Source: Cirrosporium novae-zelandiae (lineage: Eukaryota). From it: a DNA stretch of 64,000 bases. The notes under the pieces are model-generated. The model was not told the origin of the DNA, ran no database searches, and saw only the letters and a program-made list of their open reading frames with translations. Where the stretch lies: positions 558,001 to 622,000 of the forward strand of contig JAPETS010000008.1 in the NCBI GenBank assembly GCA_026023565.1, read 5' to 3'. Of the stretch, positions 1 through 12,804 are shown one piece after another (position 1 is the first letter of the stretch; each line of letters opens with the position of its first letter). The position numbers were made by a program, and so were the translations under genes.

Positions 1-602
1 TCCCCTCTTTTCACCATATAAACTCCAACGATACTCCAAAGTTGCCCCACGTTTATCTTCTTGTAATGTACCACGCTCGTACTTTAAACATCCCAAAGCG
101 CCCTCGTGCACCCACCCTTTTTTCTTCCTCCACCATTAGCATATACAACAGCGCATAATACGCCTCTACCCCCCTCTACGTGGCAGCCCCTTGGCGACAC
201 AGATAACTCTGTAGAAGCACCTCTGACAGGAAAGATATTCCGGTTCATGGATCTACAGTATACAACCCCCCCTCCTTGTTCGCCATTAGGGATCTCAAAC
301 CCTACATGGCCCGAACGCAATTATCGGAACCATCCCTGTGTATAGTTGCCATTTATCGTACTAGGCCGGTCTGAAAGACAAGGACGGTGTGATGGCTCGC
401 TGGATAAGGGATAAGGTCGAAGAACCGAGAGATATAAGAACGTCTCTTCTTCCTCACTCTATCCCTTTTTTTCTTTCCTTTCTCAATCCAGTCTTCTCCA
501 CAATCTTCAGCTCATCCATCTCAATAAAGATCACTCTTCCACAACAATAAAACCTCCATTTTCAAACCAACCTACCCCTCCAATCAATCCAAATTCGCAA
601 AA

Positions 603-855
603 ATGGGTCCCTGTGGTCTGTTCCACCCCATCCCTTTCTTCTCACTCTTTTTCTAGAGAAAGAGAAAGAAACCTCACTAACACTCCATCTCCATGATACA
701 GGCTGCAACTGCGTGTCTTGCAAAGGTGTCTGCAGCGGTGCCGACTGCTCCTCCTGCGGCTGCCACGTATGTTTTCCTCTTTCTATCTCTGCCCTCTGCT
801 TTCTTTGCTGGGAATAGCAATATGTTAATTTCGTTTCCGTGGGATTTAGAAATAA
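603..855 (+). CDS. Small Cys-rich (copper-type) metallothionein, 27 aa, 3 exons
   Basis: Exons 603-615, 702-766 and 850-855. Intron 1 is GTCTGT..CTAAC..CAG; intron 2 is GTATGT..TAG. Spliced product MGPCGCNCVSCKGVCSGADCSSCGCHK* has 8 Cys in CxC/CxxC patterns, like Neurospora-type fungal Cu-metallothioneins. Start context AAAATGG; TATAAG near 433. Confidence 0.85.
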
Positions 856-1361
856 GCGGCTCGCTCGCTCGTCGGTCACTACGCTGACTTTGACCTGAAA
901 TGAGAGATGAGGTATGGGTGATGACAACGGTGATGATGGCAAGGGGTGATTTCATTTGTTGGGATTGGCAGCTACATTCCATTCTTTAACCATGCCACTA
1001 TGGCCATGTTGCTGATATTTCGGGCGAGAGTATCGTATGTAGTTGTCTCAATGAGAAGCATATTGAAGTCGTAAACCCTGTATTAAATTATGATCAATGC
1101 TGATTCAATGTCTCAAGTCAATGTCTCTAATATAATATATCAATTGAATTATTATCATTGTAGCACTTCCTTGTCTACTCCTAAAAATTTCCTACCGATT
1201 CAGTTCCGTGTCTTCGAAGCTTACATATACATAGTCCTTTCCTTCCTTTCCCTTCCATCATCCCTCATCACCAACCCAATCACCGTCGCAACAGTGTTGT
1301 AGAAACAAAGGTAATGGTAATCATAAAAAGTCAGCCTAGGTATATCAATAGTAGCAGCTAG

Positions 1362-3697
1362 CTATCGCGAGAACCCGGCCCACACTCCATAAGCATCAGA
1401 TAATCTCTCCTTGAAAGGTCGTATCCCAGCTTCCTCACAACAGCATGCGCGCTTTCGGCCCATACTTTTCGGGAAGGGTAATTTTGGAGGACTAACGCGA
1501 GAGCTTGGATACTGAATCTCCTTCGGTGGTTCAACTGTCGACGGTGTTAATAAAAACGAGTCAGCAAGCCTGTTGTCCGACAGGACAGTGCCATCCTCCT
1601 CGTTTTTCTCGGCCAAAAGATCACGTACGGTTTGATGGATTGAGATGTCGGTGGAAATTTGGCGACCACGTTTGAGACAACGAAGTGGTAGGGTAGACTG
1701 GTTATAAGTTGGAAGCTGCATCCTTTGTTGTTCGGATTGAACGGCCTCGGCCCCAAGAACCGAATCCCGATTCCAGGAAGCCTGCTGAGCCAATGGACAC
1801 GAAGTCATATTGGCTCCTCTCCCCAGGGAGCCGGAATAATATTCCGGAGAAGATGATAGCTCATGGCAATACATTTCCTCACTCGATGACATCCGAGCGA
1901 TGGTTTTCGAAGGATCCTTCTGACCTGCCATCTGCAGCGTCGCGAATCGACGAGCGGCCTGCACAGCCAACCGAGGGGCGCAGGGTGCACAGCTCGACGA
2001 CGCGACAGAAGAGATGGACGAAGATCGAGAGGATCTGGATGAAATATCAGAGACCATCGACTCAGGAGATGACAGTGAGGAGGAAGATGTTGCCAAGGAG
2101 GATCGACGGCATGGGAAGGTAGCCTTATCAACCGGAATTGGGTGAGTTCTTGGGTGAGGCCATTGATCTAATATAGTCCTAGTCATACACATATTCTTAG
2201 CTTGCGATAAAGCAGCACTGATAGATGATCCTTTTGAGCAAAAGGAATTGGTACTCGCGGCCGGAGTAACAGAACTAGAAGCTGGAGGAGTCATTTGCGG
2301 TGTTGGCAATAGCGGCAAGCGCGGAAGTGGCGGGAGCCTGCGATTATTCATACTCTCATCTTTAGATGGAGCAGAAGAGAGCGACAATAAAGAGGGTTTG
2401 TTTGTGGGCGTTCGCTCGTTGGAAACAGGAGATCCATTTCTACTTAATAAAGCTGCTGGACGGGGCAATGTGATAGGGTCAGACAAAGCTTTTAGTATGG
2501 CGATTTCACTGCCACGATGATTAATGTCAATAAGATCGAGTTCGGGGGTAAGTAAGTGCATTATAGATTTCCAGCTTTGAGGACATGAGAGACACTGAAA
2601 ATCTGCATGTGCGTTTGAATAAAATTGAGCTGATGGTGATGGTGGTGGTGATGGTGATATTGATCTGGGTGTCAATGTAAGAACAATATCAGTCCATTTT
2701 TGGAAGATTTGTTCGGGCATATGTAACTTCCAGTCAACTGCTTTAAGGAATGTGAGCTCATTCGTACTGATTTCAGTCACAGGTAACCCTGATATCTTGC
2801 TCCAAGCTCGTGCCGAGAAGTTCCGGTCCTGCAAATATTTTGAGGCTAGAATAAGTGCAGATAGGAACATCCGACGACCACATTGCATAGCGCGATAGGT
2901 ATGACCCTCATAGGGCTGCTCCATGGTAAAGTTATGCCGGGGAACATATGGCTTGATTAGAATAAGGTAGTATAGCGCTACCTGCAATGTTGAGTAGCTA
3001 GTTTTCGACCTCCGAAGAGTTTCTTGTATGAAAGTCCTTAGAGGGAGAACGCCTTTCCCACCTAATGTAGCTTCACAGCGAACTGGAACAACAGAAAGGG
3101 GCCAGATAGCTTCAACAATTTGTGCAGCAGAATCTTAACCATTTAATTTAGCGTATATTCACTGCAAGGACTCATTTCTTTCTTACCAACTAAACTATCC
3201 ACAAAAATTTCTTTTCGATCATTCTGTCTAACCAATGTAGCGGGGGGTCGTGGATATGTTGCTAATGAAGCACTGCGGCTGTCGGAGTCATGAATGGAGG
3301 GACAATGGGTGCGTCGAGGGTTCTGTCGAAGAGGCGCAGGGACAACATTTTCTTGGTGGCTTATCGCTTGGCAAGAAGATGCTGAATAGTGAGATGAACA
3401 TGAATGTAGGATCTGATGTTGTCCCGCACTCTCGTTTTCCCACACGACGTCCAGAGGTCCGGCGGAGCATGATGAGGTGGAGCTCTGCGATGATGAAGGA
3501 ATGTCGACCGAAAATACTGACGAGGAAGAGGAAGAAGCAGAGGAGGATATTGAAGGATTGTAGGGATAGGTATTGCATATTGTAGTTGATGCTGTGTTGT
3601 GGGCACAACCAGGAGTGGAATAACCAGACCCCGGTCGGTCCATATTACGTAGAGGAGACCGTTGGACAAAAACCGATTGAGGGAGTGCAGATACCAT
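1362..3697 (-). CDS. clg1: Pho85-type cyclin (Clg1/Pcl5 family), ~760 aa
   Basis: Exons 3697-3187 and 3133-1362 (intron GTAAGA..AAG) join to FVDSLVDSAAQIVEAIWP. Cyclin box LRRSKTSYSTLQVALYYLILIK..CGRRMFLSALILASKYLQDRNFSARAWSKISGL; long Ser/Pro-rich tail. Confidence 0.9.
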
Positions 3698-5161
3698 GAA
3701 CCGTCTTTTCAGAGGCGACGGAATACCTCAGTAGTCAGACTTAGCCAGATTGCGTCAGGGACGAAAGATGAAGGCAGCACGTGCAGTCCTGATCAGACGA
3801 AGAGTTTCCGCTCCTGAATATTCCTAGATCAGGTTCAATGATAATTGATCGATACCGAATTGTCATGAAGGATCCCGTGATAGAATAACACCCTCAACCC
3901 AAAAGGTTGGGGTAGAGCAGTCCGCGTCGTATGTTCAGGGTCGGAAGGAGGAGACGGCCGAAATGAATCGAAGATACCGTACCGACAACTAATGCCTGTC
4001 CAACACCAACTCCAGTCACTATCTACCAACGAAGTCCTAATAAACAACCGTTAATTCGCAAAGAGTTATTTTCAGCACCTTAATAACAACCGTAAGGCTG
4101 TGGTTCAGTGTTGTTGCTTTTGTGTACCTTAGAGTCGCAGGGGGAGCGTCTACCAGGAAACGTCGCACTTCTTAATACTCTTGTAAATTGCCGCGTTGTT
4201 GTTATAGGACTTCTGGAGATAGGTGACTGGAGTTTCTGACTGTTCAATATAGTACATTATGATAGTAATTCAAAATTCAAAAGTAAAAAGGATGTGAGTT
4301 GTTGGTGACGATCCAAGGATGACCACCTTACAACTAAGAGCTGTAAGGGGGTTTGTTTTATTTTAAATTTTTTATCTTTTTTTTATTCGGTAGTGACGAT
4401 TGAAAATAATTCAGATAATAGGCAGCATCGAATCAAGGCGTTTCGAATTTAAATAGATCGAATTGTTGAAGCAGCGGAGGGAATCACAAGGTTGGTAATG
4501 TCGTAACGTATTCAAGTTTCTTTGAAAGGACGGAGAGGAAAGAGGCGGTCGCGTAGAAAGTATAGCGGCGACAGCAACGTTACGAGGGGGAGGAAGTCGA
4601 GTAATAAGTGTGGTAATTCAGCACTGAGTCAACAACAAAGACTAGATCAGTCTCATGAGTGGCTCAGTGGCGACAAGTTTAGAGTAGAGGAGAGGGTCGC
4701 GAAAGGATGACTGTGACTCCCAATGAGTATTTTGGGGCCTCGGGAGGGTCTTTGGGCGAAAAGCTCGGTTGCTAATTATCTGACGGAGACGCTTCACTCA
4801 CCCAAGCAGGCAAGGCAAGGCAAGGCAAACACAGAAAGGACAACGCCTGCTTAAAACAATTGACACCGGAGGGGAGAGTGGACTTTTTTTCGTATCAGAA
4901 CTTTTCTAAAACAAAAGAACAAAGATGAATTTTTTCGATGAGCTTTTCAGATGCTGATGCTCTCTCTACAAAGATAGGATTAATTTGGCCATAGTTGCTG
5001 AAGATAGAGAGAGAGGGTATCAATCAGAACAGATCAACCCAGGTAGGAGTGGGCGAGGGACGCTTTTACTGTGTACAGTGAGTACATCAATCCCGCTTAC
5101 AATACCCGCTAGATATGGTTTGGCGTTGTTTTTTTGGCTATATGACAAGCATGAGTGTCCA

Positions 5162-5264
5162 GGCATTATTTACTACCATTACGGTATTACGGGCATTTTA
5201 CGGGCATTAATTACGACACTGCGGGCATTACGGCATTACGACATTACAGCATTACAGCATTTAC
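5162..5264. repeat. Degenerate (G)GCATTAC minisatellite
   Basis: About ten imperfect 7-9 nt units with CATTAC/TATTAC/CATTTTAC cores, read directly. Confidence 0.75.
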
Positions 5265-8200
5265 CGCCCCGTCCTCACCAGGAAAGCCTGAAAGCCAGTC
5301 ACCCTCCCTTTCTTTCCAAAAGATGCTGTTTGTTCTTTTACCGCGTCATTACCTCCAGTGCCTCCCACTTGCCCCCTCCCGCCAATTTTATTTCTTACTA
5401 ACCACCCTGACTCCCTCGGAGGCGCTTTCGGAGGTGGAATGGCACGAATAGGTAATTACTTTCGAAAGTCAAGCATCTTCTCATCCAGCCCAACTTATTA
5501 ATGTAACTTTGTCCTAGTCATTTCCAGCCTTCCTGCCGCCTGCCAGCCTGCCAGCCTGCCAGCCTGCTCGTAGCCAGCAACCTAATCTTCAAGATGGAGG
5601 ATTTGGAATTTGAGACTTTGGGGAATTTTGGGCCAATTCTTCATCGGACCATCTAGCCACGACAAGGTGAGGGGAGGTATGACACACACAAGCGTAAAAT
5701 TTCAATATCAATCCGACTGCCGCTACTGTGGAGGCAAAGTAACTTACTTCAACATAGCCAGGCATGGTTGGTTCATTATTATTGGCACTCACTCACTTAC
5801 TCACTCATTACAAAGTTACCAAAGTAACCAAAGGACGAAAAAAAGCTGCTTGTTCTTACGAACCGAAGAAAACGTCTTCCTTACCCGTGCCCATTTATTT
5901 TCTTTCATCATGTTCTTCTTTCTTCCTCCGCCTGACTATTACCTATTACCCCCCTTCTGATTGCGTAGCCGGAAGGGGAAGATCAAACTAGTCTAGTTAA
6001 CTACCCTTTTTCTTGCATCCGCGTTGTGGCACCGTCTCAGTCGTCGTGATACAATCTCTTCCTCCCATCGGGCCGGAATCGTTCATGAGAAAAATAAGAG
6101 AGCCAAGTGACAAAGAAACAATGGCAACATGGTCCCAGAATTTTGATAATGAATTACTTATTCTGGTTGGTATGGGCTTTTTTTTTACCCAGCTGCCTAA
6201 TTATCCATGTTATCTCGGGGCCAATCCATATCTGTAACCCCACTCAAGATTAGAGATATCTTTGTGGCCCACAAGCGCTGTGTTGTGATGCATAAATATC
6301 CTTAGCAGTAGTAGGCGCTGGAGGTGATGATGATTAGTAGTTCTGTACACCCAAATGGAATATTCTACGCAAATAATTTAGACTAAAGAAAATCCATGGA
6401 TGTGGTCAAACACGGGTTAAAAAAAGATGGATGGCGAACGACATTGGTTAGGATGCAAAAGGAGCTGGGCTAAAGATTTCCCCACCCATGTAATTTTTAC
6501 TCAGTAGATGCAAATTGTGCTGCTTCCAGAAGTTGTGATTCGATCAATGTTCCCACCCCTCGAAGCTGAAGTCACTTGGGTTATGCGTAAAAACTGATAT
6601 GATTTGATTATGCAATTTGTTGGCTGGGCCTCTTAGCTGATGTTTTCAACGTGGCGAAGAGGGGGCGGCGCATGAGGGTTTCTCCCATCGTCGCTCAACC
6701 CAACAAAGAAGAGAGCAGGCAGAGCAGGCAGAGCCAACCAATTTTGGAAACAATGACTCATCTACACCCAACTACTATTTTCGCCTTCTCAAAATACCAT
6801 GCCAGCATCATTGCCGTCGTGCCATCCATCGGTCCCTATCGTCCTCATCAGTGTGTACCCCATCGCCAGATATTCTGCGCAACATGAACGAAGCATATTC
6901 TACATTCGGAGAAAATACTTTCTTTCTACTTTATTAGCTAGGTCTTGACCAGTCATCTGATTTTCGCTTTCTACCTCAAACCCGTCATGCGACACCTAAA
7001 CAACTGCTTCACAATACCCTTGATGATTTTCTTTTCCTTATTAGGTCAGACTATGTTTTGAATCGTGGAGTTGGGACACATGGAACTTTGGGATTCCTAG
7101 TCGCCATAATTGCCCTAAGCCTCATCCCAGGCAGCAGGACCACATTAATTAAATTACTACAAGGCTCCATTCTATTCTTCCATTCTTCCATTATTTGCCT
7201 GGCAACAACATTTTCTATTCTTTGTAAAAAAAAAACGTTGTGCTGGGGGGTTCCAAGAATCACAATCGTCTTGACCGCCTAGTTTATACGAGCTCTTTCT
7301 TTCAGCTAAGGGCCACAGCTGAGAGCCGAACCCCCCGTTTTTGGTGCAATTTTTTCCAGTGGCTCAACATCACACAGGAAGGATCTTAGTGCCTCTGGAT
7401 TCAAGATCCGGTGCGATTTTGGTCGTCACCTATCAGATAGATAAACAAGATGATAGCATTTACATCGAGGATCGTTAGACACTTTCATGTCAGGGTCGCT
7501 TTATTCCGATCAACGATCGATAACTACGAAGGTCACATTCAGTTTTACAAAGTCTTGTTCAAACCAATCCTTCGATGAGGATGGAATGTGGGGAAGTATG
7601 AGTCAGATACTTCGGGCGAAACATCATGTATGAGCGCTTGCGCCATATGTTCGCATATAAGCTGCCAGCGAAATAAGTGGATGCGGCAACGTTGAAAAGT
7701 AATCATTGGCCTCACGATGGAACTTAGTCAGTTGTAACCTAGAAAGACAAGGACACGAGCTCCGGTTTCGCAGATATGATGTTAAGAGGATGCCGAGGAT
7801 TTGAAAGGTTTTGCGGCACATGACGGGATCGGTTTGATAATCCATATGCTTGATTCGGTCTTTTATAAAGGTTACGAACCACAGCTCCGGTAAGATATAA
7901 AATCACGGAATGCTCGTAACTAGGTGTTCTAGCGGGAACCTAGCTATTCCATGGGGGGATCACTGGGAGCCTTTTCATATTCACCTAGATGTTTTTAGTG
8001 AAGTCTGGTATCTTCTTCGATATGTTGGGTTGGGTCTGTGGAGTGTACAGAAAATGTTTATCGGGTTTCACAAACAAAGTTGAAAAAGGATTTCATACCA
8101 GATAAAAGAGCGACAGTAAACACAGAACAAAAGATGTGCCGAAACTTCATCATGTGCTGCTGAGATGCTCCCTATACATGAACTCCGCAAGTGAAAGCAT

Positions 8201-9003
8201 ATAGTAAACCGACACAACAGCAAGCCACCACTAGGAATGGTTGGCTCCTTTGGGAGGGATTATGATGTATATTGATAACAGATATCTCTTTTACATTCTT
8301 CATCCTTCAGTACCAGTCGGAATCTGCAAGCATCCCAAGCTAGCCCAGGAATAGTTCCACAACGGTATGTTGATGTGGATTCAGAGAATGAACCTCGATA
8401 ATAAAAAAAAGACTTTTTCCTTTCGAGATCAATAAAGGACCTAGAAAGTCCGTTTGGTTGGATAGGTTTGATTGTCTCGAGTTGAGACGGTTGGCGTAGG
8501 AGGAGTTGAAAGTGGCTTCGTACAGATGGGATATTAAATATTCTTCAGCTTCTTCAACCGAGGATTCCGACTTGAGCTTGATTTTGAAGCTCGGCTGGGG
8601 TAGGACGAGCATAAAATGAGATGCGACTTGGATATAGGCTTTTCCTAAAGCGCAATGGTTTCACAGGCTGGCTAGGTTACTGGCTGAAAAGTAACGCTTT
8701 GAGGGTTCTACTCGGCTAGCCATCATGGATTTTATCAACATCATCTCACTGCTTGTCGCCGGACCGGTTTCTTCCTTGTATCCCGGAGGCTATCAGGCCT
8801 CTTGGCGGCCCTATTCGGATGAGAGATAATTTTGTTGACTGCTTTTTTGTTTTAGTTACACCCTTCTCTTCATCGTGAATTTTCTTGTGATGTTTTGTTA
8901 ACGGTTCTCTACAGCTTAATTAAAATCTCCACTCCATTCTCCACTCAAATTCGTTGTATTGATTAATTGCTGTTGGTGTATAGTACAAGCAGGTTATTAG
9001 ATC

Positions 9004-10892
9004 ATGGCTTCTGCCGCAGCTTTGAGACCCTCGGCCAGATCATGGGCACACGCAGCGAGAGCAAAGTTCCCCTCCTTCATTACTGTCAGCGCGACCCAGA
9101 CCTTCAAGCTCAGCTATTCTTCGCTTAGTCGCAGCTACTCGATATCAAGCACATACGGCAATTATAGTACACAGATCCATTATCCACAACATTGGGCAAG
9201 GTTGAATAAAAGAAGCTTCGGAGCAACAACTAAGATGGTAATAGCCCTCGCAGGCCCGCGGAATATCTCGTGATGGTCTTAATATATACACAATTGGAGA
9301 TATACCACACAATCCAATACCAGAAACATCGCATATGGAAACGGACGCTGACTTTACTATGTTATGGCATAGGCTGCTCCTACAAGGACTGAAAGCGATG
9401 CCTTTGGAGAGATCCAGGTGCCAGCGGATAAGTATTGGGGAGCCCAGACTGAACGGTCCTTGGAGAATTTTAAAATCAATCAACCCTTTGATCGAATGCC
9501 TCCTCCGGTTGTAAGAGCATTTGGCATTTTGAAGGGAGCTGCAGCCACTGTTAATATGAACTTTGGACTTGGTAAAAGAGAACAACCCCACATATGTGAA
9601 TAAGAATGTCTAAGATCCGGACAGATCCGAAAATAGGCAAAGCGATCCAGCAAGCTGCTGCTGAAGTAGCGTCACTTAAGCTCCTTGATGATTTTCCTCT
9701 AGTTGTATGGCAGACCGGCTCAGGCACCCAGTCAAATATGAATGCCAATGAGGTCATCTCCAACCGGGCAATTGAAATCCTAGGAGGAACCATGGGGTCA
9801 AAGAAACCAGTACACCCCAATGATCATGTCAATATGTCCGCCTCCTCCAACGATACGTTCCCAACAGTCATGCACATTGCGTCAGTGCTAGAGATCGAGG
9901 AGCAGTTGCTCCCTGCCCTGAAGGGTCTTAGAGATGCAATGGAGAAAAAAAGAGAGGTATTTGAGAAGATCATAAAGATCGGTCGCACTCATCTTCAAGA
10001 CGCTACTCCTCTCACACTCGGTCAAGAATTCTCTGGTTATGTGGCCCAGCTTGATCGTGGAATTGGGCGCGTAAATTCAGCACTACCCAATCTACGTCTA
10101 TTGGCCCAAGGTGGTACAGCGGTCGGAACTGGTCTCAATACTTTCAAAGGGTTCGATGAAATGATTGCTGCCGAGGTTAGCAAAATGACCGGAACCGAGT
10201 TCAAGACAGCACCAAACAAGTTTGAGGTTCTTGCAGCTCATGACGCAATTGTTGAAGCATCTGGCGCTCTGAATACTCTTTCCTGCTCCCTCTTTAAAAT
10301 CGCCCAAGATATTCGATATCTCGGCTCTGGGCCGAGATGTGGATTGGGTGAACTAAAGCTTCCAGAAAATGAACCAGGATCCTCAATTATGCCCGGAAAG
10401 GTCAATCCCACCCAATGTGAGGCTTTGACTATGGTCTGTGCCCAGGTTATGGGCAACCATACCGCAGTTACCGTCTCTGGGATGAGCGGTCAATTCGAGC
10501 TCAACGTATTTAAGCCAGTTCTTATCCGAAACTTGCTACATAGCGTAAGAATTCTTAGCGATGGCATGAGGAGCTTTGAAAAGAACCTAGTTGAGGGTCT
10601 GCAGGCGGATGAGCAGAGAATCACTACGTTAATGCGGGAAAGGTAAGCCAGTTATCTCATGTCTTAGGCCAATATATTTATCCCACATACTAATATATCC
10701 CATAGTTTAATGCTTGTGACTTGCTTGAACCCCGTCATCGGTTATGACATGGCCTCCAAAGTCGCAAAGAATGCGCATAAGAAGGGGTTGACCCTCAAGG
10801 AAAGTGCAATGCAATTGAAGGCATTGAGCGAGGAAGACTTTGATAAATATGTCCGACCAGAGCTGATGCTGAGCCCAAAGGCAAAGATATAA
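9004..10892 (+). CDS. fum1: Fumarate hydratase class II, mitochondrial precursor, ~545 aa
   Basis: Exons 9004-9237, 9373-9571, 9625-10642 and 10706-10892. Motifs [32 protein letters not shown] and [16 protein letters not shown]-terminus is Arg/Ser/Ala-rich with no acidic residues (presequence-like). Confidence 0.97.
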
Positions 10893-11335
10893 AAGGTGTA
10901 AACATAAGCGGCATCATGCCATCAGTGTAGATATTTTAAAAAAGTCAACTTCAAGCCGTTCCAGACATCGTATTCGTATTTAATGCCTATATTAATTGGC
11001 CCAGGATTGTATAACAAATCATTAGATATTTGGCTCATATTGAAAGTAGCTGACAGACAGCTAAGCCCCAATGATTGGAGCAAGGTGTGTTCTGGTACCT
11101 GCATGAAGAAGATCGCCCCAAGAATAGAACCCCATAACAAACCTGCTCGAGCTTCCCCAAACAAACAATTGTCCTCAACGCCTCAACGACCTTCTCAGAC
11201 AAGCAAACCCCAAGCTACCTCTCCTATCCCAAGTCAATAAATAAATCAACCCAAACACTTTCGCTTTCCCCCGATTAACCCACAGACCACCAAATCCACA
11301 ATCCACAATCCACAAGCAAACCAAACTCCTCCACG

Positions 11336-12067
11336 ATGACCTCCCCAACCTCAACCCCAACCCCAAACCCACCCGCAACGCCCCCTCTCTTCTCCCCAAC
11401 TCTAATCTCCCCCACCGTCGCCTCCTCCCTCCCCCCCTCCTACACGATCCGGCCCCTCGCCCGCACAGACTTCACCACGGGCTTCCTCGACGTCCTCCGC
11501 GTCCTCACAACTGTAGGTCCCGTCTCAGAATCCGAGTTTCACACACGCTACGACTACATGGCTGAACGCGGCGATACCTATTATCTCCTGGTGATCTGTG
11601 ATGGGAGTGGGGTTGTGGTGGGGACGGGGGCGCTGGTGGTGGAGAGGAAGTTTATTCATGGGTTGGGGCTTGTGGGTCATATTGAGGATATTGCGGTTAG
11701 GAAGGATCAGCAGGGGAAGAAGTTGGGGTTGAGGATTATCCAGGCGTTGGATTTTGTGGCGGAGGGGGTCGGGTGTTATAAGGTATGTATGTTATGTATT
11801 GTATTGGATGTTATGTGTTGGGGATGTATATATATTCCTGCATTCGGCAAAAGCAAGCAAGCAAGCAATGTTTGTTTGTTTGTGTTTTTCTTTGCTACAT
11901 GGGGGATCTCAAATGCTAACATATATATTTTTTCTCCCTTTGGGCAGAGCATCCTGGATTGCTCCGAGGCAAACGAAGGGTTCTACGTCAAATGCGGCTT
12001 CAAGCGTGCTGGGTTGGAAATGGCTCATTACTATGAGCCTCCCAAAAGTAAATACGAAAGCGGATAA
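11336..12067 (+). CDS. gna1: Glucosamine-6-phosphate N-acetyltransferase, ~188 aa
   Basis: Exons 11336-11782 and 11948-12067 (intron GTATGT..CTAAC..CAG). Motifs ERKFIHGLGLVGHIEDIAV, QGKKLG and GCYKSILDCSEANEGFYVKCGF. Confidence 0.95.
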   Translation: MTSPTSTPTPNPPATPPLFSPTLISPTVASSLPPSYTIRPLARTDFTTGFLDVLRVLTTVGPVSESEFHTRYDYMAERGDTYYLLVICDGSGVVVGTGALVVERKFIHGLGLVGHIEDIAVRKDQQGKKLGLRIIQALDFVAEGVGCYKVCMLCIVLDVMCWGCIYIPAFGKSKQASNVCLFVFFFATWGISNANIYIFSPFGQSILDCSEANEGFYVKCGFKRAGLEMAHYYEPPKSKYESG

Positions 12068-12080
12068 GCTAGATCCCAAT

Positions 12081-12113
12081 CCTCCTCCTCCTCCTCCTCC
12101 TCCTCCTCCTCCT
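12081..12113. repeat. (CCT)11 microsatellite in the GNA1 3' UTR
   Basis: Direct reading. Confidence 0.9.
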
Positions 12114-12804
12114 CTTCTTCTCCAATTTGGGGGTCACCGCGTGTGCTTGGGGCTACGTACGGGTGTTGTTTTTATTTGGGTGAAGGAAGGAATTAATTGG
12201 TTTGTTAGATGACTCTGAAGCTGCTATGTTATAGGGATGCTACTGCTGGGGTAGGAATGAATGAGGATAGGAAATTGGGTGTGTGGAAGTCTGGATTATA
12301 GAGGTTTTCGGGAGGAAGGGCCCTCTTAAGTCCAAGGTAGGGCAATGGGGATGAGGTCGTCACGATTTTGATTCCGTCTCGGGGATATGGCTAAGATCCT
12401 GCATGATAGAGGTTTGCCTGGAATAGAGGGATTACAGGACAGATTGCTCCTGCAACAGCATAATAGAGAAATAGAAGATTTGAATGGACCATGTGCAGGC
12501 AAGACTCTACGTTTAATTCGTTGCAACGTAGTAACATGAAGTAGGAAGACGCAGTTGAAGTAGAAACAGAACGTAGAGAGCACAAAACCATGCCTCCTGT
12601 CCTCTCAAAGCTGGTCCATCCCATCTTCAAGCAGATGTGTATAACATCATCTGCTCTCGGGATTTGATCATTATATCTCTGATCCAGGATCACAATCACA
12701 TAGCCCCTGCAGTCCCTTAATGCCCAACTAAACCATTCGTAACCATCTTCACAGTCACAGTCTCCGACTATCTCTCCCCTATTCCCTAATAGCGAACGAG
12801 TGGA

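Noticed and set aside
693..887. 64-aa ORF MIQAATACLAK...
   Set aside because: Wrong-frame reading across the metallothionein exon 2 and its introns.
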